The notes under the pieces are model-generated. The model ran no database searches. It was given only the letters and a program-made list of their open reading frames with translations, and was not told the origin of the DNA. 64,000 nt of DNA from a virus. Each line of letters begins with the position of its first letter. The stretch's first letter is position 1. Of the stretch, positions 38,354 to 48,673 are shown one piece after another. The DNA lies in IMG/VR virus record IMGVR_UViG_3300032893_000009, positions 32,001 to 96,000 of that record; one strand, given 5' to 3'. The position numbers were made by a program, and so were the translations under genes.

Positions 38354-38568
38354 CACCCACCTTTCTAAATCGGGAGATTGCGTCCCGGGCCGGACGCACC
38401 AAGATAGAGAACATGACGGCTGGTGAGCTGGCGGCCTTTGCAACTGCTGGCGGTAATGCTCTGCTACGCATGTACGGCGTGCAGTATTACTCAGCATTGG
38501 GAAGGAAGTCAGCGGAGAAGCGCAGCAAGAGGCCGACGGTATGCGAAGAGCCAAGCGCGGGCCGGTAG
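38350..38568 (+). CDS. KGG-repeat-like small protein
   Basis: AGGNALLRMYGVQYYSALGRKS resembles the KGG stress motif. Confidence 0.5.
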   Translation: MTPTFLNREIASRAGRTKIENMTAGELAAFATAGGNALLRMYGVQYYSALGRKSAEKRSKRPTVCEEPSAGR

Positions 38569-39359
38569 CGAAGCAGCAACCCAAGAACCGCACGCTTGAC
38601 GATATGCAGCGCTTCTATCGAACGCTGGACCTCGCCGGTTTGTGGGAGGAATTCTACGCCTCCATAGGTTCATCTGGACGTCCCCTGTACAACACCGTCA
38701 GGCAGTTCGCCAAAGCCAAGGCGGTCAATGAAAAACAACTGGAGTTTCTGCTTTGGCTGTTTGGCCCGGAGGGGGCCGATCCGCAGGCTGACCTGTTGTA
38801 CCCCTTTGCCAAGCCTCTGGACTTCGAGAAGAAGCGCGCGAGCGGCGGCTGGTTCACGGACGAGGCGCTGAAGGCCCACAGCCGGGAGATCGCCCGGGAG
38901 ATCAGTGCTCTGGATGCGCTGCGCATGGCGGGCAACGGCATCACCATCAACTCACTGGTCCGCATGGAGAATCTGGCCCGGCGGCTGGATGAGGATTTTG
39001 GGGGCCGCTTCTTCGTAGAGGGCCTGAGCATGAAGCAGAATCTGGAACGGGCTTCGGAGTATGTCAGTCTGCATGCCCGGCTGCTGAACATGATCGCGCA
39101 GGCGCAGGACATCTACGCCAAGAGCCACGGCATCAACTTCGCCGACATGAGCGGCTTCGAGCGGTTGCTGGCGGCGCAGGCCATGACACTGGCGGCCAGC
39201 AGCAATGCCCGCGAGTCGAGGGCTTTTCAGGCTATTCACGATATCACAGAGATGACTCTGGAGAAGGCTGCCAAGCACGGCTTTGAATTGCCTTCTGAGA
39301 TTACCAACAAGATTGTTACGATAGAGGGTAAGAAACCGCCCAAGTCCAATGTGATGTAA
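38541..39359 (+). CDS. Hypothetical helical protein
   Basis: Long ORF with phage-like codon usage. Confidence 0.7.
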   Translation: MRRAKRGPVAKQQPKNRTLDDMQRFYRTLDLAGLWEEFYASIGSSGRPLYNTVRQFAKAKAVNEKQLEFLLWLFGPEGADPQADLLYPFAKPLDFEKKRASGGWFTDEALKAHSREIAREISALDALRMAGNGITINSLVRMENLARRLDEDFGGRFFVEGLSMKQNLERASEYVSLHARLLNMIAQAQDIYAKSHGINFADMSGFERLLAAQAMTLAASSNARESRAFQAIHDITEMTLEKAAKHGFELPSEITNKIVTIEGKKPPKSNVM

Positions 39360-39419
39360 GTCTATTCCGGTTGTCAGTCGTTCTCGTGCGACGTATGGCT
39401 TTGCGAAGGAGAGGCTGAC

Positions 39420-40196
39420 ATGAGGAAATGGCTGCTGTGGATCGGCCTGATTGTGCTGGCCCGTGTGCTGTCTGCGCAGACAGTGACGGTATCCGGCAGC
39501 GTGGTGAATCCCGACGGCTCACCTTTCAAAGGAACCTTCATCATCACGCTGGCCAAGAGCACCGTGGTGAACATCTGCACCACTCCGAATCTTGTGGTGC
39601 CCTCCTACATGAGCATCCCCGTGAACGGGACTTTTCCCTCCACGGCGATTTATGCCACGCCCTGCCTGTCTCCGAGGCTGCCCTACTTCGTCCGCGTGGT
39701 GGATCAGTTCAACCAGTCCGTCTACAGCGACAACTGGTACATCCCGCTGACCCTAAGCGGCACCGTGAATGTCGGGTCACTGGGCGACGTAAAACTGGCT
39801 TCAGGCATCACAGTGGCCGTGCCGCTGGCCATCATCTCCAACCCCAGCGGGAACCAAGTGATTACGCAGCCCCCGGGCACGTCGCTTACCATTAACAATC
39901 TGATTGTGGGCGGAACGTCACCCATTGTGCAGAGCGTGATCGCCTGCGGCACGACGACGACCTGTGCGAATACCGGTCAGACCCTCCCACGTATTGTGTG
40001 GGGCACGGTTACGCTTTCCGGCGGCACTGCCTTGGTGGGAAGCATGCCAGCGTGGACCTCTACAGCATCTTTTGCCTGCACTCCAAATGACCTGACCACG
40101 GCGGGCGCAGCAAAGATCACCAACACCTCCGCGACCAGCATAACGGTTACCGGTGGCACCTCTGACGTAGTGAACTACGTCTGCGTTGGAAACTGA
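39420..40196 (+). CDS. Signal-peptide beta-rich protein (adhesin or virion decoration-like)
   Basis: MRKWLLWIGLIVLARVLSA-Q; Thr/Ser-rich. Confidence 0.75.
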   Translation: MRKWLLWIGLIVLARVLSAQTVTVSGSVVNPDGSPFKGTFIITLAKSTVVNICTTPNLVVPSYMSIPVNGTFPSTAIYATPCLSPRLPYFVRVVDQFNQSVYSDNWYIPLTLSGTVNVGSLGDVKLASGITVAVPLAIISNPSGNQVITQPPGTSLTINNLIVGGTSPIVQSVIACGTTTTCANTGQTLPRIVWGTVTLSGGTALVGSMPAWTSTASFACTPNDLTTAGAAKITNTSATSITVTGGTSDVVNYVCVGN

Positions 40197-40209
40197 ACGG
40201 AGAAGAGCC

Positions 40210-42279
40210 ATGTTCAAAAAGGCTTGCCAACTTCTGCTCGGGACGGCGATGCTGCTAGGTTGCATTACAGCGCGGGCGCAGACCCAGCTGACCGGCACCG
40301 TCAATCTTCCCAATGGTCAGGGCTTCAGTGGGGTGCTGCGTTTTTCATTGGCTCAGGACGCTTCTGTGAGCAGTGCCAGTCCGTGTCCCGGGCCGGAGCT
40401 GGTGGTGCCAACTGAGGTGGTGAACGTCACCGTTACCAATGGGACGATGGTGAGCCCTCCCATACTGGTCAGCTCTTACTGTACGATTCCGCTGGGCGTC
40501 CCTTATTACGTGGTGGCCATCGATACCTATGGCACCGCGGTGTTCACTGATCAGTGGCTTATCAGCGGCTCAGTATTCGACGTGGGTACTGCTGTGTCTT
40601 CTAACTCTTCCCCATCTGGTGGTGGTTCTGGTGGCACCGACGTTTGTACGTTTGGTCCCGGTGACACAAGCAGTGTGTATTGCGGCGCTGGTAACACGAT
40701 ACCGACGGCCAATCCTGCTAACACAAATGTTCTGGGGTATGACAGTCTGAACAACGGCAGCGCTATATCGGGGCAGGTGGTGGCGATAGGCTCCACGCCG
40801 ATTTCCATGGCAACCGTCGGGATGATCACCACCGATGTGGTTGCTATAGGCAACAATCCTTTTAACAATATCAGCCCCGAAGAAGTTGGGTCTTCTGACT
40901 TGGTGGGGATTGGCGATAACGTCGGTGCCAATGCGACGACGTTGTATCATGCTGTGTTGGTAGGTGACGCAGAAGGAAGCAACAGCGACTTGGACAATAT
41001 AGTTGCCGTGGGTTTTGAAGATGCGGAAGGCATACAAGCTGATAGGGTAGTCGCCATTGGCTACAGCAACTTGAGTCCTGTAGGAAACTGCTCAGTGGAA
41101 ACAACCTATGCCATAGGCACATTCAACGGTGTAGGTTGTGATACTGGAAGCATCTACGAGACTGTCATGCTGGGCGATTATAATCTCAATGGTGAGGAGC
41201 ACAACACCGTAGCAGTTTCTGAATCAGTTCACATCGGGGATAGCGCCTCTTTCATTGAATCCTATTCTTCAGGTACAATGCAGGAGATAGTTGTACTCGG
41301 CGACCATAGTAACTACAATTCAGCCTGCATCGCGTGCGAGGCAGTTAGCGAGGCTGATGTAATTGCTATCGGCGATCACACAGCTACAGGCACTGCTATG
41401 CAGAGTGCTACTAATCTTGTTGCCATAGGCAATCATGCTGTCAATACAAGCTCCAGCAGCATAAGTAACATGATAGCTATAGGCAACAGTCCCGCAGACA
41501 GCTCCTCCGGGTCAAATCATGTTGCCTTGGGAAATAGCAGCGACACGGCAGTATCTGGTAACGACGTCATAGCGATAGGTGACAGCGCGTTGCTAAGTGG
41601 TACGTCCTTAACGAATATCATTGCTATCGGTAACAGTCCAGCGACCACGGTGTCAAGCGATACAAACTTCGTAGCTATAGGCACTTCGACAGGATCGGGC
41701 AGTTCCGGCATTTCAAGCGCACTACTAGCAGGACAAGATGCTGGTGAGTCTTTGACCACCGTGACCGACATTGTGGCTATCGGTGACAACGCTGCGTCAG
41801 GCACCAACGCCACTAACGACGTGGTTGCTATCGGCGACAACCCGGCTCTGAGTTCCACAGTCAATGAGCTTGTTGCTATAGGTGATTCGGTAGACCAGAA
41901 TTCGGCTGGCTCCGATCACGTTGTCATAGGTGACAATGCGGGGCCGTGTACAACCCCTTCTACCCTGACAGACATTATTGTGATTGGCGATCACGCCTGC
42001 GCGGACGGCTCTAACGAGGCAGTATTGGGGTCGGCCTCCCACACCACGCTGACCAAGCTGTATGGCGAAGTGGACATCGAGGGCACCGGCACCACCGTGA
42101 CGACCTACACGCCGGGGCTCTTCTCCACACTGCCTACCTGCAACAGCGGCGAGGAGGGATCGGAAGCAGCGGTCACCGACTCAACCACCAATACTTGGGG
42201 CGCAACAATCACCGGCAGCGGTGGCGATCACGTCAAGGCCTACTGCGATGGAACTAACTGGACGGTGGAGGCGAAATGA
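40210..42279 (+). CDS. Signal-peptide protein with YadA-head-like (VAIG) beta-roll repeats; fibre/adhesin-like
   Basis: ARA-Q cleavage-like site; many xxAIGxx repeats; C-terminal AYCDGTNW. Confidence 0.75.
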   Translation: MFKKACQLLLGTAMLLGCITARAQTQLTGTVNLPNGQGFSGVLRFSLAQDASVSSASPCPGPELVVPTEVVNVTVTNGTMVSPPILVSSYCTIPLGVPYYVVAIDTYGTAVFTDQWLISGSVFDVGTAVSSNSSPSGGGSGGTDVCTFGPGDTSSVYCGAGNTIPTANPANTNVLGYDSLNNGSAISGQVVAIGSTPISMATVGMITTDVVAIGNNPFNNISPEEVGSSDLVGIGDNVGANATTLYHAVLVGDAEGSNSDLDNIVAVGFEDAEGIQADRVVAIGYSNLSPVGNCSVETTYAIGTFNGVGCDTGSIYETVMLGDYNLNGEEHNTVAVSESVHIGDSASFIESYSSGTMQEIVVLGDHSNYNSACIACEAVSEADVIAIGDHTATGTAMQSATNLVAIGNHAVNTSSSSISNMIAIGNSPADSSSGSNHVALGNSSDTAVSGNDVIAIGDSALLSGTSLTNIIAIGNSPATTVSSDTNFVAIGTSTGSGSSGISSALLAGQDAGESLTTVTDIVAIGDNAASGTNATNDVVAIGDNPALSSTVNELVAIGDSVDQNSAGSDHVVIGDNAGPCTTPSTLTDIIVIGDHACADGSNEAVLGSASHTTLTKLYGEVDIEGTGTTVTTYTPGLFSTLPTCNSGEEGSEAAVTDSTTNTWGATITGSGGDHVKAYCDGTNWTVEAK

Positions 42280-45017
42280 AGCGCTGTCTATTAGGCTTAC
42301 TCTTTACGTTGCTGCTGGCACTGCCAGCATCGGCCAGCTTGACGAACGTGTACATTGCCCAGTCGTCTGCTGGTAGCGCAGATGGCACTTCATGTGCCAA
42401 TGCTTACGCTGTGACGTTCTTCAATACTTCAGGCAACTGGGGAAGTGGCTCAAGTCAGATAGGCCCCGGTACTACGGTGCATTTGTGTGGCACGTTCACT
42501 TTCTCTGCAGGAGCTACCGCCCTGACGTTCAACGGTAGCGGCACGAGTGGCAATCCCATTACGCTGTTGTGGGAATCCGGTGCTGTGCTGCAGGCCCCAT
42601 ACTTTTCTGCCGCGACCTTCGGCATCAACGGCAACGGGGCATCCTATGTCGTGATCAACGGCGGGACGAATGGTGTCATTCAGAACACCGCCAACGGCAC
42701 GAGCCTCACCTACCAGCAGCAGAGCACGTACATCGGCGGCTTCGGCAGCAACTTTCAGGTCGAGAATCTATCCATGCCCAACGTCTATGTTCACACCGCC
42801 AACGATGACGGGGGCGGGGGATCATGGGGCATCGAGATTCAGGGCCAGAGCAATGTGACCATCGGTCCGGGGAACAGCTTCTCCCAGTGCGACGTGTGCA
42901 TTTTTGATGACTGGACCAACGCGAACAACTCCAACCTGACGATCTATAACAATAATTTCAGCCATGCCAATCAAGATATGGAGTTCGGCTTCTACCCTGC
43001 TGGCACATTTACCAACGTCTACATCTACGGCAACACGGCGGACACTTGGAACAACTGGGACACGGCGGACGACGCATTCCATCACAACTTCGTTCACCTG
43101 TTCACGAACCTGTCCGGCGCGAGCATCACGGGCGACATCTGGATATACAACAACGTGGCCGTGGGCAATATCGGAGCCAACGCCACCTCGATTGTCTATC
43201 TGGAGAACAACAACGGCGGGGCGGGCGGCAGCATCGGAACAAGCTACATCTTCAATAACGTATTCTCCAAGACGAACGCGAATGTGCCCACCTCCACCGG
43301 CATCGTCTCCATGCTGGGCTTCAACGGCGGGTATATCCTGAACAACACCATCATCGACGCGGGCGGAACGGGCTCTAATGCATACAACTGCATAAACATT
43401 TATCAGAACGGCTGGACGGTGAAGAACAACATCGAGCTGGGATGCGGCACCTACATATGGCAGCAGGGATCGGGCATCACGGCCTCGAACAACGACTACT
43501 ACGGCGCATCGGTTCCGCAGTGGATTTACATCTCCTCCTACTACAGCGCGCTCAATTCATGGCAGTCCGGCTGCGGCTGCGACGCATCATCGATTTCATC
43601 CAATCCCAATCTGAATGGAAGCTACGTGCCGGGATCAGGCTCGCCGGTTATCGGAGCTGGTGTAAACCTGTCGAGTCTGGGCATCACCCCGCTGGACAGC
43701 GACGCAGCGGGTAACGCGCGAGGGTCCGGCGCGTGGACCATGGGAGCGTACAACAGCAGTGGCGGTGGTCCCACCTACACCTTGACGGTGACCAACACCA
43801 ACGGCAGCGTCTCCGGCACTAATTGTTCGACGGGCACATATGCTTCCGGCACCGGCATAGGAGCCTGCACTGCATCCCCGAATTCCGGGTACACCTTCAG
43901 TGGCTGGAGTGGAACGGGATCGTGTTCCGGCGCATCTGGTACAGGCACGGCAAGCTGTACGCTGACCAGCAACTCGACTCTCACTGCGACGTTCGCACCG
44001 GTCGGTTCCTATAGCCTCACGGTCACGCACACCAACGGCACAGTCAGCGGCTCCAACTGCTCGACGGGCTCATACAGCTCAGGCACCAGCATCGGCGCGT
44101 GCTCTGCGTCGCCGAATAGCGGCTATACCTTTACGGGCTGGAGTGGAACGGGGTCATGTTCAGGCACATCGGGTACGGGAACAGCATCGTGTACCTTGAA
44201 CAGTAACTCGACGCTGACCGCGACGTTCACTGCCATCGGTTCCTACAGCCTCACGGTTACGAACGCCCACGGCAGCGTGAGCGGTACAGATTGCGCGACG
44301 GGAAGCTACAGTGCCGGGTCGGCCATCGGTGCCTGTACAGCATCACCAAACACCGGCTACACCTTCACGGGCTGGAGCGGTACAGGCTCCTGCTCCGGTG
44401 CCTCGGGGACAGGCACGGCCTCGTGTACCTTAAACAGCAACTCGACGCTGACCGCGACATTTACGATCAACACCTACACTCTGACGGTGACCGCACTCGG
44501 TGGCAGTGTGAGCGGCACCAACTGCGCGACGGGGACATACAACTACTACACGGGCATCGGGCCTTGCACAGCCACGCCGGGCGGTGGCTACACCTTTACC
44601 GGCTGGAGTGGCACGGGCTCCTGCTCTGGCGCTTCAGGAACAGGCACCGCATCCTGTACGCTGACAGCGAACTCTACTCTGGTGGCGACGTTCAGTGGCG
44701 CTGCAGCGACACCCACATTCTCGCCCGGAGGAGGCAATTACTCCAGCACCCAGACCGTGACGATCTCGGATGCTACTCCCAGCTCCACGATCTACTACAC
44801 CACGGACGGCAGCACGCCGACCACGGGCTCTTTTGTATATTCCACGCCCCTCAGTATCAGTGTCACTACGACAGTGAAGGCGATTGCCACGGCCAGCGGT
44901 TACTCGAACAGTGCCGTGGGCAGCGCGACGTACAACATTGGTCCTGCTCCGCCAACGAACTTCCGCGTGGTCGGGGCTATGAAGATCAAGGGGGGATTCA
45001 AGGTGGCTCCCCACTAG
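42276..45017 (+). CDS. Signal-peptide beta-helix protein with four InlB-B-like repeats and a chitobiase/FN3-like domain
   Basis: ASA-S; Asn-rich beta-helix; GYTFTGWSG repeats; IYYTTDGSTPT. Confidence 0.8.
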   Translation: MKRCLLGLLFTLLLALPASASLTNVYIAQSSAGSADGTSCANAYAVTFFNTSGNWGSGSSQIGPGTTVHLCGTFTFSAGATALTFNGSGTSGNPITLLWESGAVLQAPYFSAATFGINGNGASYVVINGGTNGVIQNTANGTSLTYQQQSTYIGGFGSNFQVENLSMPNVYVHTANDDGGGGSWGIEIQGQSNVTIGPGNSFSQCDVCIFDDWTNANNSNLTIYNNNFSHANQDMEFGFYPAGTFTNVYIYGNTADTWNNWDTADDAFHHNFVHLFTNLSGASITGDIWIYNNVAVGNIGANATSIVYLENNNGGAGGSIGTSYIFNNVFSKTNANVPTSTGIVSMLGFNGGYILNNTIIDAGGTGSNAYNCINIYQNGWTVKNNIELGCGTYIWQQGSGITASNNDYYGASVPQWIYISSYYSALNSWQSGCGCDASSISSNPNLNGSYVPGSGSPVIGAGVNLSSLGITPLDSDAAGNARGSGAWTMGAYNSSGGGPTYTLTVTNTNGSVSGTNCSTGTYASGTGIGACTASPNSGYTFSGWSGTGSCSGASGTGTASCTLTSNSTLTATFAPVGSYSLTVTHTNGTVSGSNCSTGSYSSGTSIGACSASPNSGYTFTGWSGTGSCSGTSGTGTASCTLNSNSTLTATFTAIGSYSLTVTNAHGSVSGTDCATGSYSAGSAIGACTASPNTGYTFTGWSGTGSCSGASGTGTASCTLNSNSTLTATFTINTYTLTVTALGGSVSGTNCATGTYNYYTGIGPCTATPGGGYTFTGWSGTGSCSGASGTGTASCTLTANSTLVATFSGAAATPTFSPGGGNYSSTQTVTISDATPSSTIYYTTDGSTPTTGSFVYSTPLSISVTTTVKAIATASGYSNSAVGSATYNIGPAPPTNFRVVGAMKIKGGFKVAPH
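43776..44693 (+). repeat. Four ~234-bp tandem domain repeats (fifth copy at ~46290-46510)
   Basis: Copies begin 43776, 44010, 44244, 44475: YxLTVT..GSVSGxNCxTG...GWSGTGSCSG...TLTATF. Confidence 0.9.
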
Positions 45018-45026
45018 GAGGTTTTT

Positions 45027-46880
45027 GTGAAGCGCATTTTCTCTACGTTCCTTACCGTTTTCCTGCCTGCTTTGCTGCTGTTAGGTCAGAGCAGTGTGAC
45101 GTTGAACTGGACCGCGAGCGCCAACAGCACCCCGGGCGACCCCGGCACGGTGAACGTGTACCGTGGTGGGTCGTGCAATAGTTTCGCAAAGATAGCATCC
45201 GGGGTGGCTGCGGGTGGTCCCTATGTCGATACGACGGTGGCGGCACCGGGCTCCTATTGCTACTACGCAACCGCACTGATTGACGGCTTGGAAAGCGTGC
45301 CCTCGAATTCTGCGGCGGCGACACTCGTAGCGGGCAGCACGGTCTGCCCTTCAGTTACGGTGGGATCGCAGGTACGCGAGTTCTGCACATCCTCGGTCAG
45401 CTGGCATGCGGCGACGAGCGGTGCCAACATCGTCGTGGAGGCCATCGGTGGCGGCGGGAGCGGCAACTACGGCTACGCGGCATATGGCTCAGGCGGCGGT
45501 GGCGGGGCATATGCGAAAGCCTCAGTGGCTTACACGTCCGGCGCTTCTGTCGCGGTGACGGTGGGAGCCGGGGGCGCAGCCAGCAGCACAGCTACAGGCA
45601 ATGCGGGTGGTGCCTCGTCCTTCGGTTCGCTGGTGGTGGCCAACGGCGGGCAGGGAGCCACGAACACGGCCACAGCGGCGCTGGGAGGCTCTGGAGGCAC
45701 TGGCACTACGCTCTACAATGGGGGCGCAGCGGGCACGCCAGCCCCGTACACCGCGTTTGGCGGTGGGGGTGGGGCGGCAGGCCCTAACGGCGCAGGCGCG
45801 GCTGGCGGGGCTGGAAATGCCGCTACGCAGCAGCCGGGAGCAGGCGGTGGCGGCGCATCGGGTGCCGGTGCAGCAGGCAACGGGCCGCCCAGCAATGCGA
45901 CGACCGGCGGTGCTGGCGGGGCTAATCATCTGGCATCGATAGCCGGAGGTCTGGGAGGCACGGGCACTTCTGCGGCAACCCCGGGCAGCGGCGACGTGAA
46001 TGGCGCTTCGGGAGGCGGGGGTGGAGCAAATTTCACCACCAGTCCCAACGGCGGCAACGGCGGTGCCGGGCTGGAATGGGGAGGCTATGGCTCGGGTGGC
46101 GGAGGCGGTGGAGGTGGTGGCATGGGCTCCGGCTCGACGAGCAATGCCGGGAATGGGGGAACGGGTGGACTTTATGGCGGTGGCGGGGGCAGTGGCGGAT
46201 ACACGCCCGGTGGGACGCAGGGTAACGGCGGAGCAGGTGCGCCGGGCATCGTGGTCATCACCTACACGCCCAGCAGCGGGGGCAACAACTACACTCTGAC
46301 GGTGACAGCCACCAATGGCAGCGTGAGCGGCACAAATTGTGCGACGGGAACCAGCAAATCGGGGACCAGCATAGGCCCATGCACGGCGACGCCGAACAGC
46401 GGCTACAGCTTCACCGGCTGGAGCGGCACAGGATCGTGCGCCAGCGTTTCAGGAACAGGCACCGCATCCTGCACATTGACCGGCAATTCAACTCTCACTG
46501 CGACGTTCACCCTGATCCCGGTGACAACCCTTCCCGGTGCGAGCACATGCACTGGCGGGACGCTCAGCTCGGTGACCATTCCCATCAGCGACACCAGCTG
46601 CACTTCGAGCACCTGCGGGTTCTCCATCTACCGCAATACCGGCGTATGTCCGGCGACGCTGGCCGGTTCCACAGGCTGGACGCTGCTGGCTACTCTGCCG
46701 GGCACCTCGACCAGTTATGTGGACAGCACGGTGGTGGCCGGAAACACCTACGCCTACGATGTGGAGGCTACATCCACGACGACGCCGACCACGTACAGCG
46801 GCCCGTCCAACTGTGTGAATGTGACTGCCGTGGCCTGCCGACCGCAGCCGCCAGTGGCGGGAATGCCGTTAGTACACTAG
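45027..46880 (+). CDS. Signal-peptide FN3 / glycine-rich protein
   Basis: FN3-like termini; GGGGG-rich domain typical of phage tail proteins; one InlB-B-like repeat. Confidence 0.75.
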   Translation: MKRIFSTFLTVFLPALLLLGQSSVTLNWTASANSTPGDPGTVNVYRGGSCNSFAKIASGVAAGGPYVDTTVAAPGSYCYYATALIDGLESVPSNSAAATLVAGSTVCPSVTVGSQVREFCTSSVSWHAATSGANIVVEAIGGGGSGNYGYAAYGSGGGGGAYAKASVAYTSGASVAVTVGAGGAASSTATGNAGGASSFGSLVVANGGQGATNTATAALGGSGGTGTTLYNGGAAGTPAPYTAFGGGGGAAGPNGAGAAGGAGNAATQQPGAGGGGASGAGAAGNGPPSNATTGGAGGANHLASIAGGLGGTGTSAATPGSGDVNGASGGGGGANFTTSPNGGNGGAGLEWGGYGSGGGGGGGGGMGSGSTSNAGNGGTGGLYGGGGGSGGYTPGGTQGNGGAGAPGIVVITYTPSSGGNNYTLTVTATNGSVSGTNCATGTSKSGTSIGPCTATPNSGYSFTGWSGTGSCASVSGTGTASCTLTGNSTLTATFTLIPVTTLPGASTCTGGTLSSVTIPISDTSCTSSTCGFSIYRNTGVCPATLAGSTGWTLLATLPGTSTSYVDSTVVAGNTYAYDVEATSTTTPTTYSGPSNCVNVTAVACRPQPPVAGMPLVH

Positions 46881-46965
46881 GAGGAGCAAGCGATAATGCA
46901 GCAGAGGCACGAACAGATCAACTTGGAGAAGGCCCGCTAGAGCGGCGTAATGCAGGAGGTGGCCC

Positions 46966-47376
46966 TTGGATCCCAAGACAACTGAGGAGCGCTTGACCGC
47001 AGTGGAGATCAAACAGCAGCAGATAGCCAACGTGGTGATACCCGCTGTCGGTCAGGCGCTGACGGAGAGATTGGCGCGTATCGAGAACCGCTCCGAACCC
47101 AACTTTTTCGAGAAGCAGCTGTTGGACGGACAGAAGGAGATACGTCAGGAACTGAGCACCATGCGCACCGTGCTGACCGAGGTGAAGGCCGCCTGTCACT
47201 TGAACTGCGGCGACGGGGGACGGGTGGACAGGGTGATCAGCGATGTGGATGCACTGAACGCCAAGGTGGACGACATATCCGCCGACAACAACAAGGCCAA
47301 GGGCATAGGGGTCGCTGTTTTATTCATCGGCGGCCTGCTTCAGGGAGTCGTGGACTGGGTTTTGATGAGGCACTAA
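46966..47376 (+). CDS. Coiled-coil protein with C-terminal TM segment (holin/hemolysin-like)
   Basis: GGAGGT RBS with TTG start; C-terminal hydrophobic helix. Confidence 0.55.
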   Translation: MDPKTTEERLTAVEIKQQQIANVVIPAVGQALTERLARIENRSEPNFFEKQLLDGQKEIRQELSTMRTVLTEVKAACHLNCGDGGRVDRVISDVDALNAKVDDISADNNKAKGIGVAVLFIGGLLQGVVDWVLMRH

Positions 47377-48068
47377 TGCACCGACACATCCATGCCGATG
47401 ACGCAGATGAACAAAGAAGACGCAGGTTGAAGAGGCGTGCGCTGGCAACCATCCTGCTCATGTCCCCGTGGAAGAGCCTGCGCCTGCACATCGGCATGGC
47501 GACGCACGATCTCAACGATTACTTCGATTCCATCGATTCGGTGCTTGATTACAAGGTGATGAAGGACGCCATGAGCCTGCCCGGATTGAAGCAGAAACTG
47601 AACAACTCCATCAGCAAGCTGGTGCAGGCGGCATTGATCAGGGGCTACGACGACGGAGGATCATTGGTGGGAAGGAAGGCGGGCAGCTTCTACATCGCCG
47701 ACGCCAAGGCCCGGGCATCATATCGAGCGCAGGAGATCAGCGACCAGATGAACCTGACGACCAAGAAGTGGCTGGCCGCTGATCCCCACAACGAATTCGC
47801 ACTGAGCGGACAGAGAGCGGAAAGGGCGGCAAGGTACGAGGCCGCAAGGGGCTACTATCAGGGAATGATGGACGCCACCATGGGCGAGGGACTGCTGAAG
47901 AGCTGGGTGTGTCTGGGCGACGATCCTTGCGAGGATTGCCTAGCCAACGAGGAGGACAGCCCGATTGCCATGGAAGAGGTGTTCCAGAGCGGAGACTATG
48001 CGCCGCTGGCCCACTTGAGCTGCAACTGCGTGATCGATCTGTCACGCCCCGAGGAGGACGCACTGTGA
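47376..48068 (+). CDS. Head morphogenesis protein (Mu gpF/SPP1 gp7-like)
   Basis: KSWV...CEDC..N...F.SG...P.AH..CNC. Confidence 0.75.
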   Translation: MHRHIHADDADEQRRRRLKRRALATILLMSPWKSLRLHIGMATHDLNDYFDSIDSVLDYKVMKDAMSLPGLKQKLNNSISKLVQAALIRGYDDGGSLVGRKAGSFYIADAKARASYRAQEISDQMNLTTKKWLAADPHNEFALSGQRAERAARYEAARGYYQGMMDATMGEGLLKSWVCLGDDPCEDCLANEEDSPIAMEEVFQSGDYAPLAHLSCNCVIDLSRPEEDAL

Positions 48069-48673
48069 ACATCAGAGAGCTTATTGCTGCAGGCACCAGC
48101 GAAGGCGCGAAGAAGGGCTGGGATACACGAGGACGTGGCCGGGCCGATGACCAGATGCAGCACATCAAGGACCTCTACCGCGAGGGACAGGGTGCCAACT
48201 ACCCGGTGGACCCGCGCTACAAGCAGCGCTACCGCGACGAAGGTGACAAGGGCAGGACCGAGCAGAAGGCCATGAACAAGGCGCTGGCTATTGCAGGCTG
48301 GCGCGAGGCCACAGTGAAGGACATGGGCAATCCCCTCTACTCGAAGTTCATGCAGGACGCCACGGAACGCAATGCCGATCCCGGGCAGGCACTGGAATAC
48401 GGCCTCAGCCCCCATGAGGTGGTGTTCGTGAACGATGCCCGGCCCAATGAGCTTATTACGACGGACAGAAGCGGCACCGGAGCGGGCAACGAGAACTGGA
48501 ATCACTTCCGGGTGTATCAGCAGGGCGAAGCAGCGAATCCCAACATGCAGCACACCCCGATTTATCAGGTGAAGAGCGGCAGCGGCGTGCACCAGCTGGC
48601 CGAGCATCTGCGTGGAGGAGCGCCGCCCCCGGCGATGCGTTTTTCGGCGGACGTAAACAGGAGGAAGAAATGA
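48065..48673 (+). CDS. Hypothetical (possible internal head) protein
   Basis: GAGGAGG RBS, GTG start; GTSEGAKKGW motif. Confidence 0.65.
   Translation: MNIRELIAAGTSEGAKKGWDTRGRGRADDQMQHIKDLYREGQGANYPVDPRYKQRYRDEGDKGRTEQKAMNKALAIAGWREATVKDMGNPLYSKFMQDATERNADPGQALEYGLSPHEVVFVNDARPNELITTDRSGTGAGNENWNHFRVYQQGEAANPNMQHTPIYQVKSGSGVHQLAEHLRGGAPPPAMRFSADVNRRKK

Noticed and set aside
40560-46880. Diversity-generating retroelement acting on the adhesin genes
   Set aside because: No reverse transcriptase in the window; repeat differences are not adenine-specific.
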